DNA of 64,000 bases from Mytilus californianus (lineage: Eukaryota): contig NW_026262668.1 in assembly GCF_021869535.1 (NCBI RefSeq), positions 133,610,001-133,674,000 on the forward strand, written 5' to 3'. How positions within the stretch are numbered: position 1 is the first letter of the stretch; every line of letters begins with the position of its first letter. Below are positions 60,301-64,000 of the stretch, piece after piece. A model generated the notes under the pieces. The model did no database searches, was not told the origin of the DNA, and worked only from the letters and a program-made list of their open reading frames with translations. The position numbers and the translations under genes are program-made.

Positions 60301-62208
60301 TAACTCTTAAGAGTCAAACACTGGTGATATGAAATCTCAGTTAACTTTAATATATTATTTTGTTCCTTCAAAGTAAATGAACATAAATTAATGAGTAATA
60401 AATGTGTTGCAGTTTGATACCAAAAAATTTGGAAGAATAAACATTTTTAAGTTTAAATATTGAATAGTTTCTTGGGCAAAATTTTGAAAATCTTTGTTTT
60501 TTCTCTTTACCATATTTTACTGATAAATGGTGTTTTATTGCAGTAAACAATAAGATACAGTTTAGGATTAAAATATTTTAGGTTTAATAACATTGTCAAA
60601 CCTTCATGGAATTTTACAAAGTTTGGACAGAATTTTCTCCATATTCAACCCTGAGAAAAGTTTTTGTGAAGTTTTTATTAATTTTTCTATTTTTATGGAT
60701 GAATTGACAAAGTTGTTTTTTTTTTTTTTGTATTCAACATTACAGTTTAGTCACTTCTCGACAAAGTCATAGTCAATTGACTTTGAAACTTTTGCTTAGT
60801 TTACATGTTAAAAGTTGTGATTTGGTCAGTTGAAGGGGAACCACTAATTGTAAGTCAAAGACACACAGTTCTAAATTATTCTGAAAACAGTTTTTGCTTA
60901 TTTTTAAAAAGAATAAAAGTATATGTAGTTATTTCTGATTAAAGTTCTCTTTTTGTTCTACTTTCTTTCCAGTGATCCTGAATCAGGAATAGAGTTTAAT
61001 GACCTCTGTTTAGGACATTCAAGGAGAGATTGTGATGAGATGGACTGGACGAGACTGGATCATAATCTCAGTATAGAATATTTTGTAGAGTTAACTGATG
61101 GTATTCCTGTCTGGATTAAAATTAAAGTTGTAAACAGAGGTAAAATTTTTATAATGAAAAAAAGATAATAGTGATTCTTTGTAATTGGTATGCCTGCCAA
61201 ACCCTTTTTTTTCAAAATCCAGGTTCCATAGGTTACATCAATTTGATCCTAGTACATATTTTCATTATTATGTGAACTTTTTAAATTAGGGTCCAAATTA
61301 TAGTTTTGATCCCAATTTCATTATTCCCTAACATAGAGTTGTGAAAGCGGGAAATAAGTACATGCTCAGGTTAAAGTTTTTGGTGAAGACAGCTTACCAT
61401 GAAGTTGTGGTCACAATTATCTGAAAGTTAATATAAAAATAAGAAGATGTGGTATGATTGCCAATGAGACAACTCTTCACAGTTAGTATACATGTTCGTT
61501 GTGAGGAGAATTTTTGTTATTTTATGCCAAATTACATTTTTTACTCATGATTTCATAGTTCAATGAAGATGAACACATAAAAGTGTGAGTGAGGTATGGT
61601 GCCCTATGAACTTGTATTCTTTTCCTTATAAGTTTTAGCAGCACAGTAATTATTCATTTGAAATCCTGAATGTTTGATTATTGCATTAAAGTTACCAATT
61701 CGCCATTCCAAATCAAAAGGATCATGGATATCTTCATTGCTCATACTCACAAACGAAAATGAGAAAAAATTGTTGGATTATAAATTTTGTTTATGACAAT
61801 GTTAACCAATAGGAATGACTTATGATAGACAATGATATATTCTATAAAGTTGCATTACCATCGGTACATCTCAGCTTGTTAACCATTTCGAGTCCCTGTC
61901 CCCTCGTTCATAGTCCAGTGACTTTGAATTAATTAGCAATGTTGCTTTATTCCATCAGATTATCTTTTTTTGAATTTTCTGCTGACAGGCCAGACTTATC
62001 TCTGTGTCAACAGTTTATTTTGAGGCACAGCAGAGAACATTTGGTATAAACTAGTAAAAGTGAACTTTTTAAAATTGTAGTTGATTTGAGAAGTATTGGT
62101 GTAGCAGACCAGCCTATTATTGTAGACAAGTCTCCTCCCGTTGCTGGAGAGGTAATGGATGGACCATTGGCAGGTGTTGATCTCATGTACACAAAAGACT
62201 TTGATTCT
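338..62208 (+). CDS. Giant multi-exon extracellular-type protein, partial at both ends (53 exons, ~3,360 aa in window): at least 12 Cys-rich ~195-aa modules, VWA, polybasic site, beta-rich region, PAN/Apple, Ig/FN3-like repeats
   Basis: 53 exons with AG acceptors and GT donors. Phases chain without a stop (sum 10,091 nt = 2 + 3363x3). Most ORF-track + strand ORFs are these exons with intron read-through. Confidence 0.88.
860..1023 (+). CDS. Exon 2: type B (YVIDDL...ICFESKKTC...KLPKVFCNW)
   Basis: acag/gtaag, 164 bp, phase 2-1, conserved B motif. Confidence 0.9.
1696..1860 (+). CDS. Exon 3: type C (FSLTKFL...[12 protein letters not shown]...GWRN)
   Basis: atag/gtaag, phase 1-1, conserved C motif; not in ORF track frame. 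Confidence 0.88.
2030..3920 (+). mobile_element. Helentron-type non-autonomous element (HINE/DINE-1-like, ATACGCCC family), interrupted by a nested insertion
   Basis: Begins ttttATACGCCC like 57131, then a GTCC/GTCT microsatellite and a core unit (ggacaataactcaaaaa) that recurs at ~3805 after the insert. Confidence 0.6.
2192..3730 (+). mobile_element. HINE-like element, GGTGGAAGAAGA family, copy 1
   Basis: 12-bp inverted repeat GGTGGAAGAAGA (2192) / TCTTCTTCCACC (3698), 3' hairpin AGAGCT-atc-AGCTCT, T-rich flanks; homologous to 32514..34632 and 42451..43835. Confidence 0.75.
4274..5260 (+). mobile_element. HINE/DINE-1-like element (TAGTCCCCTACCG family)
   Basis: 5' TAGTCCCCTACCG, 3' CGGTAGGGGACTA, 3' hairpin GTATTGC-cat-GCAATAC, (CTGTCCGT)n microsatellite, internal core repeats. 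Confidence 0.8.
5271..5523 (+). CDS. Exon 4: type A (CPSS...SC...DCSALTCC...IDPC...IEKL...YTWG)
   Basis: ttag/gtaag, 253 bp, phase 1-2. Confidence 0.9.
6075..6244 (+). CDS. Exon 5: type B (YNIYNL...[11 protein letters not shown]...KLPKPLC)
   Basis: ttag/gtaag, phase 2-1. Confidence 0.88.
6570..6749 (+). CDS. Exon 6: type C (FSFTSWL...[13 protein letters not shown]...GWN)
   Basis: ttag/gtatgt, phase 1-1. Confidence 0.88.
7042..7300 (+). CDS. Exon 7: type A (CMSSK...CTGVHCC...LDSC...IEK)
   Basis: ccag/gtaag, phase 1-2. Confidence 0.9.
7584..7747 (+). CDS. Exon 8: type B (YKIEEL...VCLESNGPC...KLPKPLC)
   Basis: ccag/gtatag, 164 bp. Confidence 0.9.
8424..8594 (+). CDS. Exon 9: type C (FSLASWL...[13 protein letters not shown])
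   Basis: atag/gtaagt; an alternative in-phase donor lies 3 nt upstream at 8592. Confidence 0.85.
8956..9208 (+). CDS. Exon 10: type A ([11 protein letters not shown]...CTGIQCC...LDIC)
   Basis: atag/gtaagt, 253 bp. Confidence 0.9.
9295..9528 (-). mobile_element. tRNA-derived SINE
   Basis: Minus strand starts GGTGCCCCGGTGGCCGAGTGGTCTAAG (A-box), then a B-box-like segment and an (AATC)n tail; imperfect TTAATT..GTTGA flanking repeat. Confidence 0.72.
9805..10005 (+). mobile_element. Truncated HINE-like 5' fragment
   Basis: Hairpin CCCGCC-tagt-GGCGGG followed by (GTCT)n(GTCC)n and core sequence. Confidence 0.5.
10181..10344 (+). CDS. Exon 11: type B (YKIEDL...ICFETKGDC...QLC)
   Basis: acag/gtaag, 164 bp. 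Confidence 0.88.
10439..10715. mobile_element. MITE with TTAA target, Kolobok-like (copy 1)
   Basis: ttaa|GGTGGTACC...GTACCACC|tcaa; homologous to 51856..52128. Confidence 0.7.
11519..11701 (+). CDS. Exon 12: type C (FNLNGWL...[12 protein letters not shown]...GWN)
   Basis: ttag/gtatgt, phase 1-1. Confidence 0.88.
11917..12169 (+). CDS. Exon 13: type A (CDG...LPDLP...CTSVTCC...IDPC)
   Basis: gtag/gtgagt, 253 bp. Confidence 0.9.
12525..12725 (+). repeat. Interspersed repeat family (end motif gttgtctctttgacacattccccatttccattctcaattttat)
   Basis: Same end at 38496..38540 and on the minus strand at 56485..56975. Confidence 0.65.
13215..13378 (+). CDS. Exon 14: type B (YKITDI...VCFNNRGPC...KLPKLQCSW)
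   Basis: atag/gtaag, 164 bp. Confidence 0.9.
13699..13878 (+). CDS. Exon 15: type C (WSLSEWF...[13 protein letters not shown]...GW)
   Basis: tcag/gtaag, phase 1-1. Confidence 0.88.
14512..14767 (+). CDS. Exon 16: type A (CQDS...CTGIQCC...VDTC...VEKL)
   Basis: gtag/gtagg; followed by a donor-derived tandem array. Confidence 0.88.
14768..15150 (+). repeat. 27-33-bp tandem array of the exon 16 end plus donor (~12 copies)
   Basis: Unit tgatatgtcactgtcag|gtatgaatactgcata repeats the exon end GTCACTGTCAG|GT. Confidence 0.85.
15749..15912 (+). CDS. Exon 17: type B (FMIDNL...[10 protein letters not shown]...LPKPLCNW)
   Basis: acag/gtaagt, 164 bp; followed by a donor-derived array. Confidence 0.9.
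15913..16680 (+). repeat. 43-45-bp tandem array of the exon 17 end plus donor (~11 extra copies)
   Basis: Unit tggaataaaccatacaaaatacctg|gtaagttgactgtgtgat. Confidence 0.88.
16088..16295 (-). mobile_element. Probable 3' end of a non-LTR retroelement inserted in the array
   Basis: Minus strand shows AAATAAA followed by about four copies of a TTATGTC tail; splits one array unit. Confidence 0.45.
16868..17443 (+). CDS. Exon 18: von Willebrand factor A (VWA) domain in a single symmetric exon
   Basis: [12 protein letters not shown] (DxSxS), YTD and LVLLTDG MIDAS motifs; IITVGIG strand; 576 bp, phase 1-1; taag/gtatac. Confidence 0.92.
17727..17885 (+). CDS. Exon 19: type C (FSLDKFL...[11 protein letters not shown]...GWNN)
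   Basis: acag/gtaagt, phase 1-1. Confidence 0.88.
18150..19340 (+). repeat. 63-bp intronic minisatellite (~19 copies)
   Basis: Unit aacagcagtccaaattctggtccttattccaagtggaccagctttacttgaccaacttctttc. Confidence 0.9.
20148..20400 (+). CDS. Exon 20: type A (CPSMP...CTALDCC...IDTC...IEKL...YKWG)
   Basis: ccag/gtaagt, 253 bp. Confidence 0.9.
20650..22522 (+). repeat. 50-bp tandem array of the exon 21 acceptor plus exon start (36 regular copies including the functional one, plus 2 degenerate)
   Basis: Unit ttatgttttatttctaag|gtttacaatagagaattaaggaaatgatggtg; first regular AG ends at 20775 and last at 22522 (35 periods, three of 49 bp). Confidence 0.92.
22523..22686 (+). CDS. Exon 21: type B (FTIENL...VCMERSGPC...LPKPLCNW); acceptor is the last of 36 copies
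   Basis: taag/gtaaag, 164 bp; only the last repeat copy continues in frame. Confidence 0.88.
23143..23305. repeat. Inverted repeat, ~63-bp arms around a 35-bp loop, within a probable DNA-element remnant (~22790..23320)
   Basis: ...taacatgggtaggcattatatttgtcaa / ttgacaaatataatgcctacccatgtta... Confidence 0.8.
23978..24154 (+). CDS. Exon 22: type C (FSLEKFL...[12 protein letters not shown]...GWNN)
   Basis: atag/gtaag, phase 1-1. Confidence 0.9.
24649..24901 (+). CDS. Exon 23: type A (CPHE...CTGITCC...IDPC...IEKL)
   Basis: acag/gtaagt, 253 bp. Confidence 0.9.
25105..25301. mobile_element. MITE with TA target, Tc1/mariner-like (degenerate copy)
   Basis: Homologous to 27291..27496; ends ...cagaatttacag|ta. 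Confidence 0.6.
25387..25550 (+). CDS. Exon 24: type B (YDIEDL...ICFESSGPC...LPKSVCEW)
   Basis: tcag/gtaaag, 164 bp. Confidence 0.9.
26644..26831. mobile_element. MITE with ~39-bp imperfect TIRs, PIF/Harbinger (Tourist)-like
   Basis: tta|GGGCTGTTCCATTAAAACATACATGGTACCCAGGGAAGGCA ... TGCCTTCCCTGGGTCCCATATATGTTTTTATGGAACAGC. Confidence 0.65.
26938..27108 (+). CDS. Exon 25: type C (FSFDKYI...[12 protein letters not shown]...GWNN)
   Basis: ccag/gtatct, phase 1-1. Confidence 0.88.
27291..27496. mobile_element. MITE with TA target, Tc1/mariner-like
   Basis: ta|CAGTAAATTCAGAAATTATTG ... CAATAATTTCTGAATTTAAAG|ta. Confidence 0.7.
29103..29358 (+). CDS. Exon 26: type A (CKP...CNTVQCC...IDQC...IEKL...QWG)
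   Basis: taag/gtaag, phase 1-2. Confidence 0.9.
29359..29710 (+). repeat. 89-bp copies of the exon 26 end plus donor (2 good, 2 degenerate)
   Basis: Donor copies at 29448, 29537 and ~29617; unit contains ggggtaccagtagag...gttagagtcag|gtaag. Confidence 0.8.
30400..30613 (+). repeat. 80-bp copies of the exon 27 acceptor plus exon start
   Basis: tttcag|attgacactgtatgatc at 30454, 30534 and 30614 (functional). Confidence 0.88.
30614..30783 (+). CDS. Exon 27: type B (LTLYDL...[11 protein letters not shown]...KLPKSACEW)
   Basis: tcag/gtaat; preceded by two 80-bp acceptor copies. Confidence 0.88.
31131..31937. mobile_element. Foldback-type element / long-TIR MITE (~810 bp, arms at least 310 bp)
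   Basis: 31131..31444 is the near-perfect reverse complement of 31623..31937; flanked by TA. Confidence 0.85.
32035..32335 (+). repeat. Interspersed repeat family (end motif gagttgtctcattggcaatcataccacatcttctt)
   Basis: End motif recurs in either orientation near 26250, 41035, 42345, 50165, 50490 and 61440. Confidence 0.65.
32514..34632 (+). mobile_element. HINE-like element, GGTGGAAGAAGA family, copy 2 (extra internal segment and inverted duplication)
   Basis: Same subTIR pair and 3' hairpin as 2192..3730; extended homology. Confidence 0.75.
34708..34875 (+). CDS. Exon 28: divergent type C (FDLESWL...[13 protein letters not shown])
   Basis: acag/gtaaaa, phase 1-1. Confidence 0.8.
35268..35614 (-). 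mobile_element. tRNA-derived core SINE with 12-bp target-site duplication
   Basis: Direct repeat TGACTTTGGATT at 35256..35267 and 35615..35626; degenerate (ATCC/AATC)n tail; B-box-like segment; core resembles bivalve Meta/Nin-type SINEs (from memory, unverified). Confidence 0.65.
35909..36112 (+). CDS. Exon 29: type A 5' part (CSLVLPVLP...CDGVICC...IEDC)
   Basis: gtag/gtagta, phase 1-1 because A is split by an extra intron. Confidence 0.83.
36285..36715 (+). mobile_element. Degenerate HINE-like element related to 4274..5260
   Basis: Starts ttagtccccta; ends with a related tail gtattgtatctgcattatccttagaatgtttgtt. Confidence 0.45.
36990..37032 (+). CDS. Exon 30: 43-bp type A 3' mini-exon ([14 protein letters not shown])
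   Basis: tcag/gtaagt; matches the FxLxG tail of unsplit A exons. Confidence 0.8.
37590..38155 (+). mobile_element. HINE/DINE-1-like element (TGTCTCGCCTG family)
   Basis: TGTCTCGCCTG (37593) / CAGGCGAGACA (38124); ~175-bp internal repeats; a 3' fragment recurs at ~61810..62015. Confidence 0.75.
38214..38377 (+). CDS. Exon 31: type B (YTVQKL...VCYTDKIPC...GSC)
   Basis: atag/gtaagt, 164 bp. Confidence 0.87.
38773..39533 (+). repeat. 78-bp tandem array of the exon 32 acceptor plus exon start (8 upstream copies) with a 119-bp insert at 39154..39272
   Basis: AG| at 38784, 38860, 38939, 39017, 39096, 39301, 39378, 39456 and 39534; insert bounded by GTTGTAA repeats. Confidence 0.88.
39534..39710 (+). 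CDS. Exon 32: type C (FSLTNWL...ELGLSDYV...C...GWNN); in-frame upstream acceptors at 39378 and 39456 are also possible
   Basis: tcag/gtaaat, phase 1-1. Confidence 0.82.
39929..40135 (+). CDS. Exon 33: type A 5' part (CSS...CSQFSCC...LDTC...YQW)
   Basis: tcag/gtaag. Confidence 0.87.
40576..40618 (+). CDS. Exon 34: 43-bp type A 3' mini-exon ([14 protein letters not shown])
   Basis: acag/gtaaaa, phase 1-2. Confidence 0.8.
41352..41518 (+). CDS. Exon 35: type B (FTIYNI...[10 protein letters not shown]...EVC)
   Basis: tcag/gtaagt, phase 2-1. Confidence 0.85.
42160..42222 (+). CDS. Exon 36: short degenerate type C ([21 protein letters not shown])
   Basis: tcag/gtaggt, 63 bp, phase 1-1, at the position expected for a C exon. 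Confidence 0.6.
42451..43835 (+). mobile_element. HINE-like element, GGTGGAAGAAGA family, copy 3 (5'-truncated)
   Basis: Homologous to ~2765..3730; same 3' subTIR and hairpin. Confidence 0.72.
43396..43563. mobile_element. 168-bp MITE with TA target nested in copy 3
   Basis: ta|CACCTTATCGCTA ... TAGCGATAAGGTG|ta; empty site present in copies 1 and 2. Confidence 0.8.
43930..44710 (+). repeat. 108-bp tandem array of the exon 37 acceptor plus exon start (7 upstream copies)
   Basis: AG|GTTGTAG at 43955, 44063, 44171, 44279, 44387, 44495, 44603 and 44711. Confidence 0.92.
44711..44917 (+). CDS. Exon 37: type A 5' part (CSSVP...[13 protein letters not shown]...SQC)
   Basis: tcag/gtattt; last of eight 108-bp acceptor copies. 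Confidence 0.85.
45124..45337 (+). CDS. Exon 38: fused A-tail plus B exon ending in the polybasic site [13 protein letters not shown]
   Basis: tcag/gtaaga; the phase-2 end is required by the next exon, whose other frames stop at once. Confidence 0.8.
45452..45710 (+). mobile_element. Short HINE-like element
   Basis: 5' ATGCCCC, GTCT/GTCC microsatellite, 3' GGGAGCAT and hairpin TGTGTCC-cat-GGACACA. Confidence 0.6.
45793..45895 (+). CDS. Exon 39: helical segment ([17 protein letters not shown]...)
   Basis: ttag/gtaagt, phase 2-0. Confidence 0.78.
45976..47084 (+). mobile_element. HINE/DINE-1-like element (GCTCACCT family)
   Basis: 5' ttttaGCTCACCTGG with hairpin, 3' CCAAGGTGAGC and hairpin AGGCTCT-tt-AGAGCCT; degenerate internal tandem cores. 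Confidence 0.78.
47477..47630 (+). CDS. Exon 40 ([13 protein letters not shown]...GVEVKG)
   Basis: gtag/gtaact, phase 0-1. Confidence 0.78.
48114..48340 (+). CDS. Exon 41 ([21 protein letters not shown]...DLAIAL)
   Basis: gtag/gttagc, phase 1-0. Confidence 0.78.
48912..49068 (+). CDS. Exon 42 (LSEFVSKVL...[17 protein letters not shown])
   Basis: tcag/gtaagt, phase 0-1. Confidence 0.83.
49683..49911 (+). CDS. Exon 43: Gly-rich beta segment (FGCGAYYG...[11 protein letters not shown])
   Basis: tcag/gttagt, phase 1-2. Confidence 0.85.
50683..50908 (+). CDS. Exon 44 ([10 protein letters not shown]...DTTAPEV...)
   Basis: ttag/gttagt, phase 2-0. Confidence 0.85.
51393..51590 (+). CDS. Exon 45 ([12 protein letters not shown]...[10 protein letters not shown]...)
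   Basis: acag/gtcagt, phase 0-0. Confidence 0.85.
51856..52128. mobile_element. MITE with TTAA target, Kolobok-like (copy 2)
   Basis: TTAA|GGTGGTACCCAACAC ... GTGTTAGGTACCACC|TTAA. Confidence 0.78.
52580..52889 (+). CDS. Exon 46: Ig/FN3-like ([13 protein letters not shown]...YDVTVPGG...VGVGYG...)
   Basis: acag/gtatgt, phase 0-1. Confidence 0.87.
53384..53800 (+). CDS. Exon 47: PAN/Apple-like motif (CARAC-x6-CMSFNY-x6-CEL, 53497..53577) plus FN3-like strands ending VDITTPET
   Basis: acag/gtttgt, phase 1-1; Cys spacing and SFNY typical of PAN/Apple domains. Confidence 0.87.
54330..54456 (+). CDS. Exon 48 ([16 protein letters not shown]...[13 protein letters not shown])
   Basis: gtag/gtttgt, phase 1-2; needed to bridge phases; its 3' end seeds the 41-bp array; absent from the ORF track. 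Confidence 0.78.
54457..55710 (+). repeat. 41-bp tandem array of the exon 48 end plus donor (~30 copies)
   Basis: Unit catcctcaaatacagaatcatag|gtttgttccatccatgta matches the exon end CATCCTAAAATACAGAATCATAG|GTTTGT. Confidence 0.9.
55909..56003 (+). CDS. Exon 49 ([31 protein letters not shown])
   Basis: gcag/gtacag, phase 2-1. Confidence 0.75.
56485..56975 (-). repeat. Longer copy of the 12525..12725 interspersed repeat family
   Basis: ataaaattgagaatgggaatggggaat...cagctggcccctaaacaaa is the reverse complement of the 12525 copy. Confidence 0.65.
57126..58134 (+). mobile_element. Full-structure HINE/DINE-1-like element (ATACGCCCGTC family)
   Basis: subTIRs ATACGCCCGTC (57131) / GACGGGCGTAT (58101), 5' hairpin, (GTCT/GTCC)n, four to five ~160-bp core repeats, 3' hairpin TGCGC-tcatg-GCGCA. 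Confidence 0.88.
58365..58550 (+). CDS. Exon 50: FN3-like ([21 protein letters not shown]...C...)
   Basis: acag/gtaag, phase 1-1. Confidence 0.85.
58551..59200 (+). repeat. ~70-bp tandem array of the exon 50 end plus donor (9 extra copies)
   Basis: Donor copies at 58622, 58692, 58762, 58832, 58904, 58978, 59049, 59122 and 59192. Confidence 0.92.
59995..60175 (+). CDS. Exon 51: FN3-like (YFITVRALN...VDNSRP...)
   Basis: tcag/gtatgt, phase 1-2. Confidence 0.85.
60973..61139 (+). CDS. Exon 52: FN3-like (SDPESGI...CLG...WIKIKVVNR)
   Basis: ccag/gtaaaa, phase 2-1. Confidence 0.85.
62081..62208 (+). CDS. Exon 53 (VDLRSIG...[16 protein letters not shown]...); gene continues beyond the window
   Basis: gtag/gtaagt, phase 1-0, no stop codon. 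Confidence 0.82.
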
Positions 62209-62294
62209 GTAAGTGAATTACAAGTTAGTAAATAATAGGTGTATTATCATACAGTAATACACATCTGGAGTGGTATTAGATGGACCATTGGCAG

Positions 62295-64000
62295 CAGGGC
62301 TTCCAAAATTTCCTGACGACAGCCGGACATTTTTCAAAGAAATATTTTTGACGGTCAATGATCAGCTGGATACTTAAATGTAACTGAGAGGATGCATAAA
62401 TTGATATATGTGTCTAAATAATTAGTAGTGTTATATGCAATAAAATTATTTATAACTGTTTTGTTTTCTTCATTCTAAAAATAAATAAAATATTATCCTC
62501 GGTATTGTGTCATTTTTCTGTGTATCGTAATACAGTAACCATCATTGCATCAATCAGCTTCAGTACCTGACTGTTCTCATGTTTTTGTTTCTGTTTATAT
62601 AATCTATCTTCTCTCTGTGAGTACTTAACACTTTGTAAATTAAGGCCATCTTATTTGAAACTGTTGATGTTGGCTTTAATTGCAGTACAACTTGATCATC
62701 AATACACGTGATACTTTTCTTTTTGTGTATTGATTACCTGACCACGTGACTTTTACAACTGATGCGGTATTTATAGATAACACTGAGGAGGCCCGATGAA
62801 GAATATTGTTTTAAACCGTGTAAAATCTACTGAACAGTGATAACATTTTTCTTTGTACAATTTCCCAACCTGATTTAGAAAATAAGGAATAAATAAAAAC
62901 ATACTCAGTTGATAAATAATTTAATGAATAACAACATGATATTTTATGTAAGCATATAACAACAATAAAATGTGAGTAGAGCACAATGCTGACAAACACA
63001 CGCAATAAATATTACAATGAGCACATTGAAAAGAAACATAGATCACAGCACATGATTAGAGTTCATTTAATCTAATTAAAGATTTTACATTCATGAGCTT
63101 GCTAAATGCATTGTTCTGATAAACATGGCGGTTACGAACGGATTGCCATTTGCGGATAGCAGGAACAGGGTCAAAGTCTTTAACATCTACACCTACTAAG
63201 CTTATCCTCATAAGTTGATCTAAAGCGTCAATACCTTGACTACACCTTAGTCGATCATAATTCCCACGGCGGGACTTAACTTTACGTCGGACATCACCTC
63301 TTTCTCTATAACATCGGAAATTGTCTGAATAAATTCGGAGCAGGCATTGTTCTCTTGATATAATTTAGAAGTGATCACGGCACCATTTAACTTAGTTAAA
63401 TCATTTATTGACTGAAATTTGTCCATTGGTTTTTCCTATTATTTAGTAAATTTTCCCCTTGAGAGTACCCCAGTATTTAACACGATGTACAGTGTTTAAT
63501 AAAATAATATATATCATACTTATTCATTTATAAATATCCTTATTTGAAGAATAACTTTTAAATATCAGGATACTTTTAAAACTGAATGCTCATTTAAAAT
63601 AATATCTATAAAGCGTAATTAAATAGGATGTTGTTCCATACACGCTTACATGTTTGACCTCGTTTACCGGATTACCTTTATGTACATTGTTATGCATCAT
63701 TAATTCTATTGATAAAGATAAGCTAAGGACACCTCATCAAAGGTAACAAACCTGTAATCAGTGAATGATTTATGGCTTCAATATAACTTATTGAAGGGAT
63801 AATTGTTTGACAGCTTGTTGTTATTTAAATAAAAGAAAACGTGTTTTTTCTACTTTTTATTGATGTACACAAGCTAAAGACCAAGCCGTACATTTATGTA
63901 CCCAGAGGATTAGACTAACTGAGACACTTCAAAGTATCTGAAATATGCTGCTTCTGTTTTATTAAACCCAATTATGACCGAAATATGTTTGTGAAATAGA
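62295..64000 (-). mobile_element. Probable internally deleted hAT element with a transposase remnant (63120..63435); the other end is probably outside the window
   Basis: Minus-strand EKPMDKF...LNG...YQENNACSEFIQTISDVI...SPAVGIMID joined out of frame to LDQLMRISLVG...FDPVPAIRKW...RNR; CAGGGCTT hAT-like end at 62295. Confidence 0.55.

Overview
AT-rich animal (eukaryotic) genomic DNA. The repeat families suggest a bivalve mollusc, probably Mytilus; this is inference from memory of those repeats. The whole window lies inside one + strand gene that is open at both ends. I traced 53 GT-AG coding exons by hand (338..62208). They sum to 10,091 nt, and their phases chain into one stop-free frame of about 3,360 aa. 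The first ~45 kb encodes at least 12 tandem copies of a ~195-aa module with 10 cysteines that I cannot assign to a known family. Each copy is built from three exon types (C, A, B; phases 1-1, 1-2, 2-1). One symmetric VWA exon with an intact MIDAS motif is inserted between two modules. The array ends at a KRRRRRR|SV furin-type site. A helical segment, a beta-rich segment, a PAN/Apple motif and Ig/FN3-like repeats with D-x-(T/S)-x-P linkers follow. About 11 of the ~14 tandem arrays in the introns are amplified copies of the gene's own splice junctions (up to 36 near-identical acceptors and about 30 donors). Nearly all extra copies lead to premature stops; one array is in frame. Introns also carry several Helentron-type non-autonomous (HINE/DINE-1-like) elements, MITEs, two tRNA-derived SINEs, an ~810-bp foldback element and a deleted hAT transposase remnant. 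No rRNA, tRNA or CRISPR features were found. All coordinates were read manually and were not checked against transcripts.
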